A program made the translations under genes and the position numbers. From Eledone cirrhosa (Eukaryota), in assembly GCA_964016885.1 (NCBI GenBank), contig OZ024753.1:28892001-28956000 (forward strand): DNA of 64,000 nucleotides. Reading direction: 5' to 3'. Below, piece by piece: positions 24,610 to 38,070 of this stretch. The notes beneath the pieces were generated by a model, which had not been told where the DNA came from, ran no database searches, and worked only from the letters and a program-made list of their open reading frames with translations. Each line of letters begins with the position of its first letter. Position 1 is the first letter of the stretch.

Positions 24610-24930
24610 ATTTAAGAGAGTCATTAGAACATTGGATAGAATGCTTTATGGTATTCGTTTTAGCTCTCTGCTCTCTGAGTTTAAATCCGGCTGAGGTCAA
24701 CTTTGCCTTTCATCCTTTCGAGATCGAAAAAAAGTACCTGTCTAGTACTGGGGTTGATTCTTCCTCTATATTCTCATTTCCTCTCTCTCACTTTCTATCT
24801 TTCTCTGAAAGAAATCTGTTGTACTCAGGCCTGGAGTGGGATGGGCTTCGCCAGGCTTAAAAAGCCCAAGAAACACTGTATGTCAACACGGCACCCCCTA
24901 TGACTATCAGGAGTTACGGGACCATACATA
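24610..24930 (+). mobile_element. tRNA-derived SINE plus extension (paralogue of 163-490)
   Basis: Colinear with 163-490. Confidence 0.75.
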
Positions 24931-24979
24931 CATACTGAATTCCATATAGTTTCTTAATTTTCCCTTTTTTTTACTCATA

Positions 24980-25295
24980 TGTGAAGGTGCGTGGTTTTCT
25001 GGTTATGATATGTGGCTCAAGATCATGCAGTTGTGAGTTCGATTCTTGGAGGTGCACTGTGTCCTTGAGCAAGATACTTTATTTCACGTTGTTCCAGTCC
25101 ATTCAGCTGGCAAAAAATGAGTTATAGCTGTAATTCGAAAGGCTAGCCATGTCATGCTGAATCTCCCTGAGAACCATGTTATGAGCACATGCGTTTGTGG
25201 AATTCTCAGCTACTTGCACGATAATTCTACTGTTTCAGGTTGTTCCATTGATAGTATCAATTGGAACACTGGTCGCCGTAACAGACAGAGTGCCA
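24980..25295 (+). mobile_element. tRNA-derived SINE with CORE-like domain
   Basis: GAGTTCGATTCT, GTGTCCTTGAGCAAGATACTT. Colinear with 23470-23795. Confidence 0.85.
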
Positions 25296-25624
25296 TATTA
25301 CTCGTATTTTTATGTTCTGTACTTCCTCGATTTCTAAGTACACATGGGACATAATTCAACCCAACAATTTTTGCAGTAAGTTATGTTCCTTAAAACATTT
25401 AGAACATCTTTATTCAATACTTTAACAAAGTATATGTGTCCTGGTTATACTAAAAACATGTTGAGTTTGATTGATACATTTTTGGCATAAGCTGGACATG
25501 AAACTCTAAATCACGATATAATCAATAACCAATACACATATATTTCTCTGAAATATGTCTTGATTATAACTTTGCTTCTGTAAACACCTGAAACTTATAT
25601 ATATATATACATACATACATATAT

Positions 25625-25915
25625 AGGGAAAGAGGCAGGACCCCGATGGCTGAGCTCTGGTCATTTCAACAATTAAATCCAAACTGTTCAGATCTAGCTG
25701 TCGAAACGGCCAGAGCTCAGCCATCGGGGACCTGACTCTTTTCCTATTACCCACTCTACTACCCTAAGTATTGAGTACTCTGGTGCGTTCCACCTCGTTC
25801 CTTACCACACTTTGTACATATATAATCTATATCGCTAGGGTGAATCAGATACTAACTATGAACAATACGGTTTGCCAGACTCAATTAGTATCTTATTCAC
25901 CCTAGCAATATAGGG
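25625..25915. repeat. Two short foldback (inverted-repeat) insertions in TA-rich sequence
   Basis: IR ~25626-25667/25697-25746 (CCCCGATGGCTGAGCTCTGG / CCAGAGCTCAGCCATCGGGG). Second IR ~25830-25856/25885-25912 (GCTAGGGTGAAT..GATACTAA). Confidence 0.7.
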
Positions 25916-25929
25916 CCATTATTATTTGA

Positions 25930-25981
<52 letters not shown>

Positions 25982-26121
25982 TATATGTGTGTGTTTATCT
26001 CTCTTTATTATTTTATATTAAATTATATATATATATATACACACCCATGTGTGTCAGTGTCTTTGAGATTCATAAATGAATTGTGTTGTTTTTGTTGTTA
26101 ATTTCTGTTCACTACTACTAT

Positions 26122-26153
<32 letters not shown>

Positions 26154-26968
26154 GAAATAATAATAATTATAATTTCATTTATTGGCCACAAGGACCGACA
26201 TATAGAGGACAATAATAATAATAATGATAATAATAATGATGATGATAATAACTATACTAATTTAACTGATGTGCATGAATGAACTTACTCTGATTTCAGT
26301 GCCATCAGAACCTCCGGAATATTCTAATAGCATCGTGTGAAACTTAGTGTACCTTTCTCTAATAAATAGTACATATATATATATGTATTTGTTTTTTGTT
26401 GTTGTTGCTGTTGTTGTTTAGTGTCCGGTTTGGCAGCCCTTGTCAAGCTGATAAATTATCAAAGAAAAAAAAATCATAGATTAACTAATTTTATTTTCAG
26501 GAATGTTTTGTATCAGACTAAATTTATCTTTTTGTTTTACTAGGATTTTTTTCAACACTCTGACGTGTATGTGCGTATGAGTATATAAATATAAATGCAC
26601 AAACGCAAACACACTTGCAAAAATACACACTTACAAATGACACATATATTCACACAAACTCACACATACACTTGAACACAGCGTAGCAAATGGAATGCCA
26701 ACTGTTGTATTGCTATAGTTTTTTCGCCATGCCATTCCTTCCTTTTATACGCACACACATTCACACAAACACATACGTGCATACACACACACATTGTGTG
26801 ACGGATGGATGGAAATTGATCAAATTTATATATAGATAATACTTTAGGGTCTGATTTAAGGGAGATTTTTACAGCTATTTCTAACATATTCATTGACTAT
26901 GTTGAAGCTCATACATATAGACATGTGTTAGTGGGTTTTATGACATTGGTCAATATATTTTATCTATT

Positions 26969-27251
26969 ACACTGGTCAACACACTTTTTGCTGACTTAGG
27001 TTGTGTTGTTGTTTTTAGCTAATTTTGAGGTGCTGATTTCAAATATGGCATGCATTCTTTCCTAAGGTATCAGGTTTTTATGTTTACCTTTCGTTCGGCT
27101 ATTCCAGGAAACATATTTTGTAGGGCGTCCTTGTTGGCTAAGTGAAAACTTGACGTAATAGAAAAAAAGTATTGTCATTTTTAAACTCAGCGGCCCCAAA
27201 TTACTCAAACTTAGGTCAGTAGAAAAAAAGCAAAATTTTCTTGACCAGTGT
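26969..27251. mobile_element. MITE with 11-bp TIR and candidate 4-bp TSD (TATT)
   Basis: ACACTGGTCAA...TTGACCAGTGT, with internal subterminal IRs (AATTTTGAGGTGCTGATTTCAAA / TTTAAACTCAGCGGCCCCAAATT). Confidence 0.6.
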
Positions 27252-28461
27252 TATTATTCACATGATTCAAGTCACTTGTCCATGATACCACGTAGTGGAC
27301 TTGAACCCAAGACTTCATGATTGTGAAGCAAATTTCTGAACCACGCAGCCATGCCTTTATGATGCACAAATATCACTCGAATGATAGAAATTGTAATGCA
27401 ATTCAATAAAATACCGTTGGCATTAGAGCCTTACTTATCACCATCGGCACAGAGCTATCTACCCACAGGTGTGAGCCTCACTATGTCTTCGCGGAAACGC
27501 CTTCTCTGTTCTGTTCGCTGGATCTGCGGTGTAGCCAACGCGTGGGCTCCCATTTACTCATAGTAGTGAAAGATGGGGAGAGCAGGAGAGACGGTAACAG
27601 TGGGAGTTTGGTTCCTTTGTGTTCGGACCTGGTGTATATGTATATGTTTCACGGGCACACACTCACACTAAGGCAATTTAATTTGATATTTAATAGATTT
27701 TTATCTTTAAAGTATATGCTAATTGGAAGTAGTATACCAGCGTTCTTTCACTATAAATTGTTTCCCAGCTGATCCATAAAATATATATAATACAAGCAAC
27801 TGAATACTGTCGTTCTGCTCTATTTAAGGGAGATAACTCTATTTCCCTTCTTGCTTAGCGCTTCCAGACATAATGGTTTTTATTTTTTTTAAATTTTTAT
27901 ATTCCGTGAATTTGTTTATATTATGACAACTTCCTCGTCTCAATGACATTTTTTCTGGATTCAATCATATCTGAATTATATGCATATATGTTAAAAATTG
28001 TTATGTCAACTGAAGTTGGCCGCCATTTGTATTAATTATATCGTAAACAGGATTTTTATAATGTGCAACACATTTTCAGTACTGTACATTGATGTAAGCA
28101 GCAACATCGCAGACGATACTGTTAACTCGGTTGAATTTACTATATTCATAACAAAAATTGAAAGAGATTCAAGGGAGATCACTCTAAATTACTACTTTAG
28201 ATGTTTGTTGCTTTGAAAGTTCTAAACACAGGGAAACCTCGACTCACGAACTTAAACGTTCCTGAAGGCCTTTCGTCATCCGAAATATTCGTAAGCCGAA
28301 ACTATTCCTCCTATATGAAATGTTGAGAGAATGACTGCGCGAAAGGCAGATATACATCAACGTAATAACGAACTACACAGCAAGTGACGCTTTCCCATCG
28401 GTACTCCAAGCTTGTTGCCGGCTTGCGTGTTCGTTGCTCGAGACACCATCCGTGAACCGAT

Positions 28462-28690
28462 TTTACTACTGCTGTTGCTGCTACTACTACTACTACTGCT
28501 GCTATTACTACTACTATTACTGTTGCTGCTACTGCTGATGCTGTTACTACTACTGCAGCTACTAATACTATTACTACCACTGCTGCTACTACTGCTGCTG
28601 CTGCTACTATTACTGCTATTGCTGCTGCAGCTACTACTACTACTACTGCTGCTGCTACTATTACTACTGCTATTGCTGCTACTACTACTG
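28462..28690. repeat. (CTA/CTG)n trinucleotide tract
   Basis: Directly visible. Confidence 0.9.
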
Positions 28691-28889
28691 ATCCTGTTGT
28701 GGGTGGGAGATCTCCCCGTCGGACGGAGAGAGTTGACAGACCAGCTGTTGTTAAGCCGTAGGTTAATTTTGATTGAATATATCCATGATAAAAGACACTC
28801 CAGTCATAACCACCCCGTCTTTATATATGCCATGAACTATGCGCTGTTTAATGTATCCGACTTGATTTAAGATGACTGTGTTGTTGTAA

Positions 28890-29655
28890 GTGGTGGTAGT
28901 AGTAGTGGTGGTGGTGGTGGTGGTGATAATGGTAGTGGTGGTTGTAGTAATGGTAGTGTTGGTTGTAGTAATGGTAGTGGTGGTTGTAGTAATGGTAGTG
29001 TTGGTGGTAATGGCAGTGGTGGTGCTGGTAATGGCAGTGGTGGTTGTAGTAATGGTAGTGGTGCTGGTAATGGTGGTGCTGGTTGTAGTAATGGTAGTGT
29101 TGGTGGTAATGGTAGTGTGGTGGTTGTAGTAATGGTGGTGCTGGTTGTAGTAATGGTAGTGTTGGTGGTAATGGTAGTGGTGGTGGTAATGGTAGTGTGG
29201 TGGTTGTAGTAATGGTAGTGTTGGTTGTAGTAATGGTAGTGGTGGTGCTGGTAATGGTAGTGGTGGTTGTGGTAATGGTAGTGGTGGTGGTAATGGTAGT
29301 GTTGGTGGTAATGGTAGTGGTGGTTGTAGTAATGGTGGTGGTAATGGTAGTGTTGGTGGTAATGGTCGTGGTGGTTGTAGTAATGGTAGTGGTGGTTGTA
29401 GTAATGGTAGTGGTGGTGGTAATGGTAGTGTTGGTTGTAGTAATAGTAGTGGTGGTGGTAATGGTAGTGGTGGTTGTAGTAATGGTAGTGGTTGTAGTAA
29501 TGGTAGTGTTGGTGGTAATGGTTGTGTTGGTGGTAATCGTAGTGGTGGTTGTAGTAATGGTAGTGGTGGTGCTGGTAATGGTAGTTGTGGTTGTAGTAAT
29601 GGTAGTGTTGGTGGTAATGGTAGTGGTGGTGGTAGTGTTGGTGGTAATGGTAGAG
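28890..29655. repeat. Compound GGT/AGT/AAT trinucleotide-based minisatellite (GTAATGGTAGTG.. core)
   Basis: Recurrent GTAATGGTAGTG(G/T)TGGT units of about 15-21 bp. Confidence 0.9.
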
Positions 29656-29850
29656 TTGTCGTTTGCAGTGTTGTTGTCTATGGTCATGTGGAGTGAAAAA
29701 GGCGGGGCGAGACCAGGGTGCAATAAATTAAACGCATTAAAACAGATGTGGTGTAATTAATTGGGTCGATAAGATACTACTAGCATGTGTAAATGTATTG
29801 ATCTAGCTAATACACACTTTCTCTCTCTATTCCCCATTCACACATACATG

Positions 29851-29904
<54 letters not shown>

Positions 29905-29907
<3 letters not shown>

Positions 29908-30080
29908 TAATAAAAACAATGAAATAAAAACAAAGAAAAAGTTCCTTATATTAAAAAATTCATCATTTTACGATCGTTTCTAGGATGTATATGTGTGTTG
30001 GTATGTATATTTTATAGATCTATGTAAAAATATTACAAATTATCAGAGGAAATATACATACCTTCACATATACATGCTGT
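29905..30080 (-). mobile_element. Penelope-like family A subfamily 3' fragment with truncated long-stem-II hammerhead
   Basis: Homologous to 46060-46252. Minus strand reads ...CCTA-GAAA-CGATCG-TA-AAATGATGAA. Truncated at the CUGAAGA core. Both ends lie in (TA)n. Confidence 0.8.
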
Positions 30081-30166
30081 ATATATATATATTTATATTT
30101 ACCACATATATATATATATATTTACCAAATTCACACGCACACAAGCCCATATATATAGAGTGAGAG

Positions 30167-30238
30167 AGGGTGTCCCGAAAAAATGCATACATATATTTAT
30201 TAGAATGCTGTTAAAGCGTGCATACATTTTTCTGGGAT

Positions 30239-30244
<6 letters not shown>
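30167..30244. mobile_element. ~80-bp Tc1/mariner-type MITE
   Basis: Imperfect TIR AGGGTGTCCCGAAAAAATGCATAC / GCATACATTTTTCTGGGATATTCTG|TA. Confidence 0.6.
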
Positions 30245-30305
<61 letters not shown>

Positions 30306-30877
30306 GTGTGTATTTATGTATGTATCTTTGTTGGAAGATAATAAGAACAACAGCATCAACAAAACTTGTGTATTAGTCATTGGAGATTTTGGTGATAAAG
30401 TACTTCAAGAGATGAACTCTAGAAGCTGAAGAAGGGGTTGAAGAGATGAAAGGTACTAATTCTTCAAGGGCTGTGCTACTTTATTTAAGCCCACAAAGGA
30501 AAAAATCACCCAACAAATATTCAAAAATAGGGATTTCGGAATAGAATGTTACCCTTCTCTTCAACTCCATTACAGAACATAGATAAACGCAGCAACAACA
30601 ACAACAGTAACACACAAAAAAAAAAGAAAATATATGACATCTCCACCTTCTGCTACTCCCCCTCACAAAAAAAGGATTGTATAAGAGATGGTAGCCTAAC
30701 CAACATTCCTTATCCCCTGATGCAGAAAAAACAAACGAAATAAAACACAGGAATAAAATCCACAAAGAAAAAGGAAAGAGAAGGTAGGCTTCCTTCCCTA
30801 TTTCAGTGTAAAAAAAAAAGCCGATGGTATACAGAATGAGCTCGATGTTCCTACACACGCATGTAAACATACATACA

Positions 30878-31207
30878 TCTTATTCTAATTCAAATCATAA
30901 TTCGAACCCTTATTCTAATTCCAAGCCCAATCTTATTCTAATTCTAACTTTTCTATCCCTTATTCTAATTCTAACTTTAATTCGAACCCTTATTCCATTA
31001 TTCTAATTCTAACCCTTATTCTAATTTTTCTATCCCTTATTCTAATTCTAAACTTAATTCGAACCCTTATTCTTATTCTATTTCTAACCCTTATTCTAAC
31101 CCTTATTCTAGCCCTTATTCTAACTCTAATTCGAACACTTACCCTATCATTTATTCTAATTCTAACTCGAGCCCTTACCCTTGTTCTAAACCTTATTCTA
31201 ACCCTAA
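30878..31207 (+). repeat. Degenerate 6-bp-periodic, telomere-like array (TAACCC/TTATTC/TAATTC/GAACCC)
   Basis: Repeated CCCTTATTCTAA(TTC/CCC) units. Confidence 0.75.
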
Positions 31208-31291
31208 GTTACTAGACGGATTCGAACCATCGACCTAAAAAACTATAATATATATATAAGTATTATATAGATTTCTACTATATATACATAC

Positions 31292-31322
<31 letters not shown>

Positions 31323-32067
31323 CATACATATACATATATATACATATATATATATACATATATATATACATATATACATATATATATACATATATATATA
31401 CATTATATATATATATATACATTATATATATATATATAGTAATAATAATAAATTTGAAGACTAAAATCCAAAGAGGGCTGGATAAGGATAAATATATATC
31501 AGAAGATCCCGTTAAGGGTGAAAGCAGCGATTCTTTGCTTAAACTTTAATCTGTTATTTTAATATATATATATATATATATATATGCATACTGGATTTGC
31601 GGTCAGGGTGTTCGACCCATGGCCGTAAAGCTATAAGTTCGATTCTTTGAGCAGGTGGTGCGTTGTGTCCTTGAGTCTATCTCCAAAACCATAGGGGTAG
31701 TTCGTAAACAAACAAAGAGGAATTTAACTAAATATATATAGATATATATTGATATTTTATAATATATATATATATATAAATATATTATATACATATGATA
31801 TATATAAATATAATAATCATTTATTAATATACTTATAACATATGAATATATACTATATATATAATGTATACATTTATATGTATGTATATATAATATATAT
31901 ATATATATTATATTTATAAATAAAATTTAATAAATATATATATACAACTAGATATATTAAAATTATATATGTGTATATTATAGTTATATACCTGTTATAT
32001 ATATATATTATGTTTATTTAATATATATACATATTTATGTGTATATATATATTTATATACAAATAAG

Positions 32068-32110
<43 letters not shown>

Positions 32111-33399
32111 TAATATATATAGTAATTATTTATTGTTATTAATATAAATATATAAAATGGGAAGTATACAATCTAAAAAGAATCGAACTCACGATTGTGA
32201 AGTCGCAATGGCTTTAAATACTTTGCGCATGCGCACTGATGTCTACTTTTTTGCGCATGTGTGGGGGAGTTGGCCTAATTCTGTTTCGCAAAAACAAAAT
32301 GGCCGCTGGAACAATTTCTCTTTTTTTCCAACCCGTATGAAAAACGTTAAAAACTTGGATTTTACTATTTATAAAGAGGTAAAGTAAAGTTTTATGTTTA
32401 TTTCCTTCCATAAACGTCAGCAATAATTATTGAAACGATAGTTTTGTTCAGCTACTGCAACATCTCCACGTAGTGTTGTAGTTCAATGGTGCTCATTGTT
32501 ACGTGATAGATTGATCATGCTACATTATCTTATGCCAGAAGGTTACGTTTCCAAAACAATCCAGGTTAACAGACAGATATGATGTTGTCATTGCTTATGT
32601 CTGTTCCACTTTAGTTGATTGTCAATCTGCCACTCCTAGTAAGCAGTTAGAACCATTGAAGTATACCTACATGGCACACCAAAACCACCCTCCTCCATAG
32701 TTGGTCAATTCCAGGTGAGAGGGTGATTGAAGCAGTTTAAGGACGTATACTTCTCGTGGGAACCTCTACGGCCAGCTACTTCTCGTAGGATCCTCTTGGT
32801 CAATTCCAGGTTAGATAGGGACATGAGCATTTTAAAGGCGTAAACATCTCGTAGAATCCTCTATAGCCAGCTAAGCCCTGTTCAATAAAACCACCCTCCT
32901 CCACAATTGGTGAATTCCAGGTGAGAGGGTGATTGAAGCACTTTAAGAGCGTAAACATCTCGTACGATCCTCTACGGCCAGCTAAACCTTGGTCAATACC
33001 AGGTTAGATGGTGAAATAAGCAGTTTAAGGCCGTATATTTTCTCGTGGGATCCTCTACGGACAGTGCCTGTTTAGAGGGAGTAAACATCTCGTAGGAACC
33101 TGAACAGCCAGCTAAACCCTGGTCAATATTAAATCTGCTGTTCTAAGACTTGGCTGGAGAGGGATGGGCTCCGCCAAGCTTAAAAAAATACCAAAGAAAC
33201 ACCGTATGTCAATACGGCATTCATATCAAGAGTTACAGGATGTCAATACAGCATCCTTAATAGGAGTCACAGGTCAATACAATATCATACCATATATATA
33301 AATGCTGTACTTAGGCACGGGAAGGGACGGGCTCTGCCAGGCTTTAAAAATACCGTTGCCACTGTCAAAACCGACTTTTACAACCAGCTTTAACAGGTC

Positions 33400-33690
33400 T
33401 TGGGACAATGCTCACCCCATGACATCAAGATCATCTTGACGGACCCAAGCGCTCACATCATCATATGCCGGGTCCACAGAAGAGCTCAACTCGACAATAC
33501 TGATCATCGGTTGTTGGTTGCGAACGGACCCTGACACCAAGTCTGGGTGTGACGTCCTTGTAAACTCAAGACCCCTTCCCAAACGGCCCTGGATTTCACT
33601 ACGGACACTGGAGATAATTCAACTGTCGCTGCAAGGCTCGCCAGCGCTGCTCAACAGGATACACCTGAGAACCGCCGGCTCAACAAGAAA
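33400..33690 (+). pseudogene. Degraded LINE APE-endonuclease fragment
   Basis: + frame HDIKIILTD...CRVHRRAQLDNTDHRLLVA resembles APE motifs (IILGD, TDHRLVV). Confidence 0.5.
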
Positions 33691-33799
33691 GTAATTCGTT
33701 CGGAATACATATTTTTTCATTAAAAAAATTGTTAATATTTATATATATATATATATAATATATAATGTATATGTATATCTTCCTAATAAATGATTTTTG

Positions 33800-34290
33800 T
33801 TTACTTTTCAGAAAACACTCGTTTCATATAGATTTTTTTTGCGACTTTTCAAAAACACTCATTTCATATAGATTTTTTTTGCGACTTTTCAAAAACACTC
33901 GTTTCATACAGATTTTTTTTGCGACTTTTCAAAAACACTCATTTCATACAGATTTTTTTTTCGACTTTTCAAAAACACTCGTTTCATATAGATTTTGTTT
34001 GCGACTTTTCAAAAACACTCGTTTCATATATATTTTTTTTTTCGACTTTTCAAAAACACTCATTTCATACAGATTTTTTTTGTGACTTTTCAAAAAACAC
34101 TCGTTTCATATAGATTTTTTTTTCGACTTTTCAAAAACACACATTTCATACAGATTTTTTTTTTACTTTTCAGAAAACACTCATTTTATACAGATTTTTT
34201 TTTCCGACTTTTCAAAAACACTCGTTTCATATAGATTTTTTTTTTTCGACTTTTCAAAAACACACATTTCATATAGATTTTTTTTTTTCG
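33800..34290. repeat. ~40-bp minisatellite (~12 copies)
   Basis: Unit GCGACTTTTCAAAAACACTCRTTTCATAYAGATTTTTTTT, with period 40 at 33841/33881/33921. Confidence 0.95.
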
Positions 34291-36014
34291 AGTTTTCTTT
34301 TTAGAAACTTCATTTAGATTCTTTTTTTTTTAGACACTTCATTTAGTTTCTTTTTATAGACACTTCATTTAGATTCTTAGTTTCTTTTTTTTAGACACTT
34401 CATTTAGTTTATTTTTTTTATTTGACACTTCATTTAAATTCTTAGTAACTCCTTTTTTAGACACTATTCAAGGGAGACAACTCTTACTTTGAAAGAGTTA
34501 CCTCCCTCGAGTTTTAATTTAAAAAAGAGTTACCTCCCTTGATTTTTTTTTACCTCTCGTTTTTAGCCTCTTTATTTAGAAACTTCATATACACTTACGT
34601 TCTTTATAGTACGTTTTACTCAGTTTCCTGTAGACTCTTGATTTCTTTATTCATTTTTGTCAAGGTAAACTGAACACAATTCGTATATGAGATGTAAACT
34701 TTCTTTATTCATTTTTGGCAAAATAAACTGAATACGATTCGTATATAATATGTAAATGTTCTTTTATTGACAACGTATGTAAATGATTTTCATAGTTTTT
34801 CTTATTTCATTTTTCTTACAGATGTCCAGCCTTCTCGGTCATATGCTGTGTTGTTTGCCGTAACCACTGAGGGGATGTTTTTACAAGTCGAAGTTTTCTG
34901 AACGTGTCTGTTAATAAAAAAATGTTTACATATTATTTACGAAATGTATGAAAAAAGATTTTAATAAAAAAATCCTTACACATTATTTACGAGTTGTGTT
35001 CAGTATATTTTGACAAAAACTATATTAAAATTTCTACATATTGTATACGAGTTGTGTTGTTACTTTGACAATGAAAAAAATTAACCTAATAAATGGCTTC
35101 TAATTATTTCTCTTTGTAAAAAGTAAAGGGAAGCTACTCTTCAGCATTTTTCTTCCATTCAATCGCAGAAGGGGCCCCCCGTTAATTTTTTTTTATTTCT
35201 CCACTTTAGCGACATCAGTTCCTCGATCCAGGCTCTTAACCATGCATGAGTATCTGATGTCTCTAAAGTGGAGAAATAAAAAAATAAAAAATGGCCTCCC
35301 GTTTCATAAATTTTTTTTTCGACATTTTCAAAAATATTCTTAGCTTCTTTATTTAGAAACTTCATATACACTTACGTTCTTTATAGTACGTCTTACTCAG
35401 TTTCTTGTAGACTCTTGATTTCTTTATTCATTTTTGTCAAAATAAACTGAACACAATTCGTATATAAGAGATAAACTTTCTTTATTCCTTTTTGGCAAAA
35501 TAAACTGTATAATATAATATGTAATTTTTCTTTATTAACAGAAACTACGCCATTCCCACTTGTTACGGCAAACAACACAGCATATGAACTTGAAGGCTGG
35601 ACATCTGTAAAAAGAAATGAAATTCATTTACATACGTTATCAATAAAAAGAATATTAAACTTTATAAAATTCACCCGATTTTGTCTTTTCTTATATATAT
35701 ATTTAAATAGAGGAAACTAAGAATGTATATGAAGTTTCTTAAAGAAAGAAAATAAGAATGTAAATGGTTATTGGTTACGTAGATTAACAGTTAAAGCGAT
35801 ATCGATCTGATTAATATTTGATTACGATGATGATGATATCTAACAAAAAAACAACAGCAACAACTAAGAATGTAGACGAGTTTCTAAAGAAAGAAACTTC
35901 AACTACATTCTTAATTGTTTTTTAGGAATGACAATGACGAAACAAGAAACTAAGAATGTAAATGAAGTATTGAAAAGGAACAAAGAAATTAAATGAACTT
36001 TCGTAAGAAGAAAC

Positions 36015-36905
36015 TAAGAATGTAAATGGTTCTATGTTACGTGGGTTAAAGTGATATCGATCCAGTTAACACTGATCAACAGTTAAGTATTGAAAAGGAA
36101 CAAAGAATCGTAAGAAGAATGTAAATGGTTCTATGTTACGTGGGTTAATGTGATATCGATCTAGTTAACACTAACTAACAGTTAAGTGTTGAACAGGAAC
36201 AAAGAATGTAAATGGTTCTATGTTTCGTGGGTTAATGTGATATCGATCTAGTTAACACTGATCAACAGTTAAGTGTTGAAAAGGAACAAAGAATCGTAAG
36301 AAGAAACTAAGAATGTAAATGGTTCTATGTGATATCGATCTAGTTAACACTGATCAACAGTTAAGTGTTGAAAAGGAACAAAGAATCGTAAGAAGAAACT
36401 AAGAATGTAAATGGTTCTATGTGATATCGATCTAGTTAACACTGACTAACTGTTAAGTGTTGAAAAGGAACAAAGAATCGTAAGAAGAAACTAAGAATGT
36501 AAATGGTTCTATGTGATATCGATCTAGTTAACACTGACTAACAGTTAAGTGTTGAAAAGGAACAAAGAATCGTAAGAAGAAACTAAGAATGTAAATGGTT
36601 CTATGTGATATCGATCTAGTTAACACTGATCAACAGTTAAGTGTTGAAAAGGAACAAAGAATCGTAAGAAGAAACTAAGAATGTAAATGGTTCTATGTGA
36701 TATCGATCTAGTTAACACTGACTAACTGTTAAGTGTTGAAAAGGAACAAAGAATCGTAAGAAGAAACTAAGAATGTAAATGGTTCTATGTGATATCGATC
36801 TAGTTAACACTGACTAACAGTTAAGTGTTGAAAAGGAACAAAGAATGTAAATGTTTCTATGTGATATCGATCTAGTTAACACTAACTAACAGTTAAGTGT
36901 TGAAA
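36015..36905. repeat. ~92-bp minisatellite (~10 copies), palindrome-rich
   Basis: Period 92 at 36309/36401/36493. Each unit has GATATCGATCTAGTTAAC and a TTAACACT...AGTGTTGA hairpin. Confidence 0.95.
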
Positions 36906-36907
36906 AT

Positions 36908-37220
36908 TGTGGAGATTGTGTCGCTGCATGTGGCATCCCAGACGAGAGGTTTACCACCGTAGAACGGGAAGATGGCCATGACATCTGGCCTGTTGCCGTC
37001 CCCTCGGTCCAACTAGGAGGGAAAGCCTGCAGCATCCAAGCCATGCTTGATGACCTCGTTGAGAGCAGCATAGCGTGGTAGGCGACCAGCACTGTCGCGA
37101 CATTTGTAAGGTGGTCTGTTGCCATCCAAGATCGTCAAACTTGATGTTGCATATCTCCTCAGCTGCCGCTCAGATACAAGTGTCAAGGTCAGCAAGGAGA
37201 GATGCATGGCATGGCTCTAA
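36908..37220 (-). pseudogene. CRE-like non-LTR retrotransposon fragment (restriction-like endonuclease region)
   Basis: GRLPRYAALNEVIKHGLDAAGFPS*LDRGDGNRPDVMAIFPFYGGKPLVWDATCSDT matches RH..LN.II.RAL..AG.PS...DGKRPDG....P...GK.L.WD.T..DT. Confidence 0.7.
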
Positions 37221-37540
37221 GCAGGCACTGACTACAAAAAGTATGTCCTTAAACTGTTCCTTTCGCACTCTAAGCAGCACTTACTATGGTTCAGCTGGCC
37301 GTAGAGGATCCTACCAAATATTCCTTTGACCTGTCTGTGCACTCACAATTGATGGACAACTATAAGTGCACTCATATATAAGCCAGACGACCCATGCAAG
37401 CGTGGGAGATACTATGGGACATTTACCCTGGTTTTACGTGGCCATGGGACATGCTATGTGAAGTATATGCCCTAAAACTGCTTCTTTTGCATTCTAAGCT
37501 TACGATGATCAGAGCTTAGTTGGCCGTAGGAGATACTCTG

Positions 37541-38070
37541 GGACATATACACCCTAAACAAGACTAGGATCCTATAGGACATATACACTCTAAACAAGAC
37601 TAGGATCCTATAGGACATATACACTCTAAACAAGACTAAGATCATATGGGACATATACACTCTAAACAAGACTAAGATCCTATAGGACATATACACCCTG
37701 AATAAAACTAAGATCCTATAGGACATATACACCCTAAACAAGACTAGGATCCTATAGGACATATACACCCTGAATAAAACTAAGATCCTATAGGACATAT
37801 ACACCCTAAACAAGACTAAGATCCTATAGGACATATACACCCTAAACAAGACTAGGATCCTATAGGACATATACACCCTAAACAAGACTAGGATCCTATA
37901 GGACATATACACTCTAAACAAGACTAGGATCCTATAGGACATATACACTCTAAACAAAACTAAGATCCTATAGGACATATACACCCTGAACAAAACTAAG
38001 ATCCTATAGGACATATACACCCTAAACAAAAATAACATCCTATCTGACATATACACCCTGAACAAAACTA
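37541..38070. repeat. 36-bp minisatellite (~15 copies)
   Basis: Unit GGACATATACACYCTAAACAAGACTARGATCCTATA. It explains the RVYMSYRILVLF repeat ORF. Confidence 0.95.

Noticed and set aside
27400-28450. Housekeeping promoter (CpG-richer, GCCGCCATTTG at ~28019)
   Set aside because: A single short motif with no linked exon is insufficient evidence.
28848-29760. Thr-rich mucin-like (-) and poly-Val (+) ORFs
   Set aside because: Both derive from a trinucleotide-based repeat. No signal peptide, flanking domain or splice support.
37472-38065. 197-aa ORF of RVYMSYRILVLF repeats
   Set aside because: By-product of a 36-bp minisatellite.
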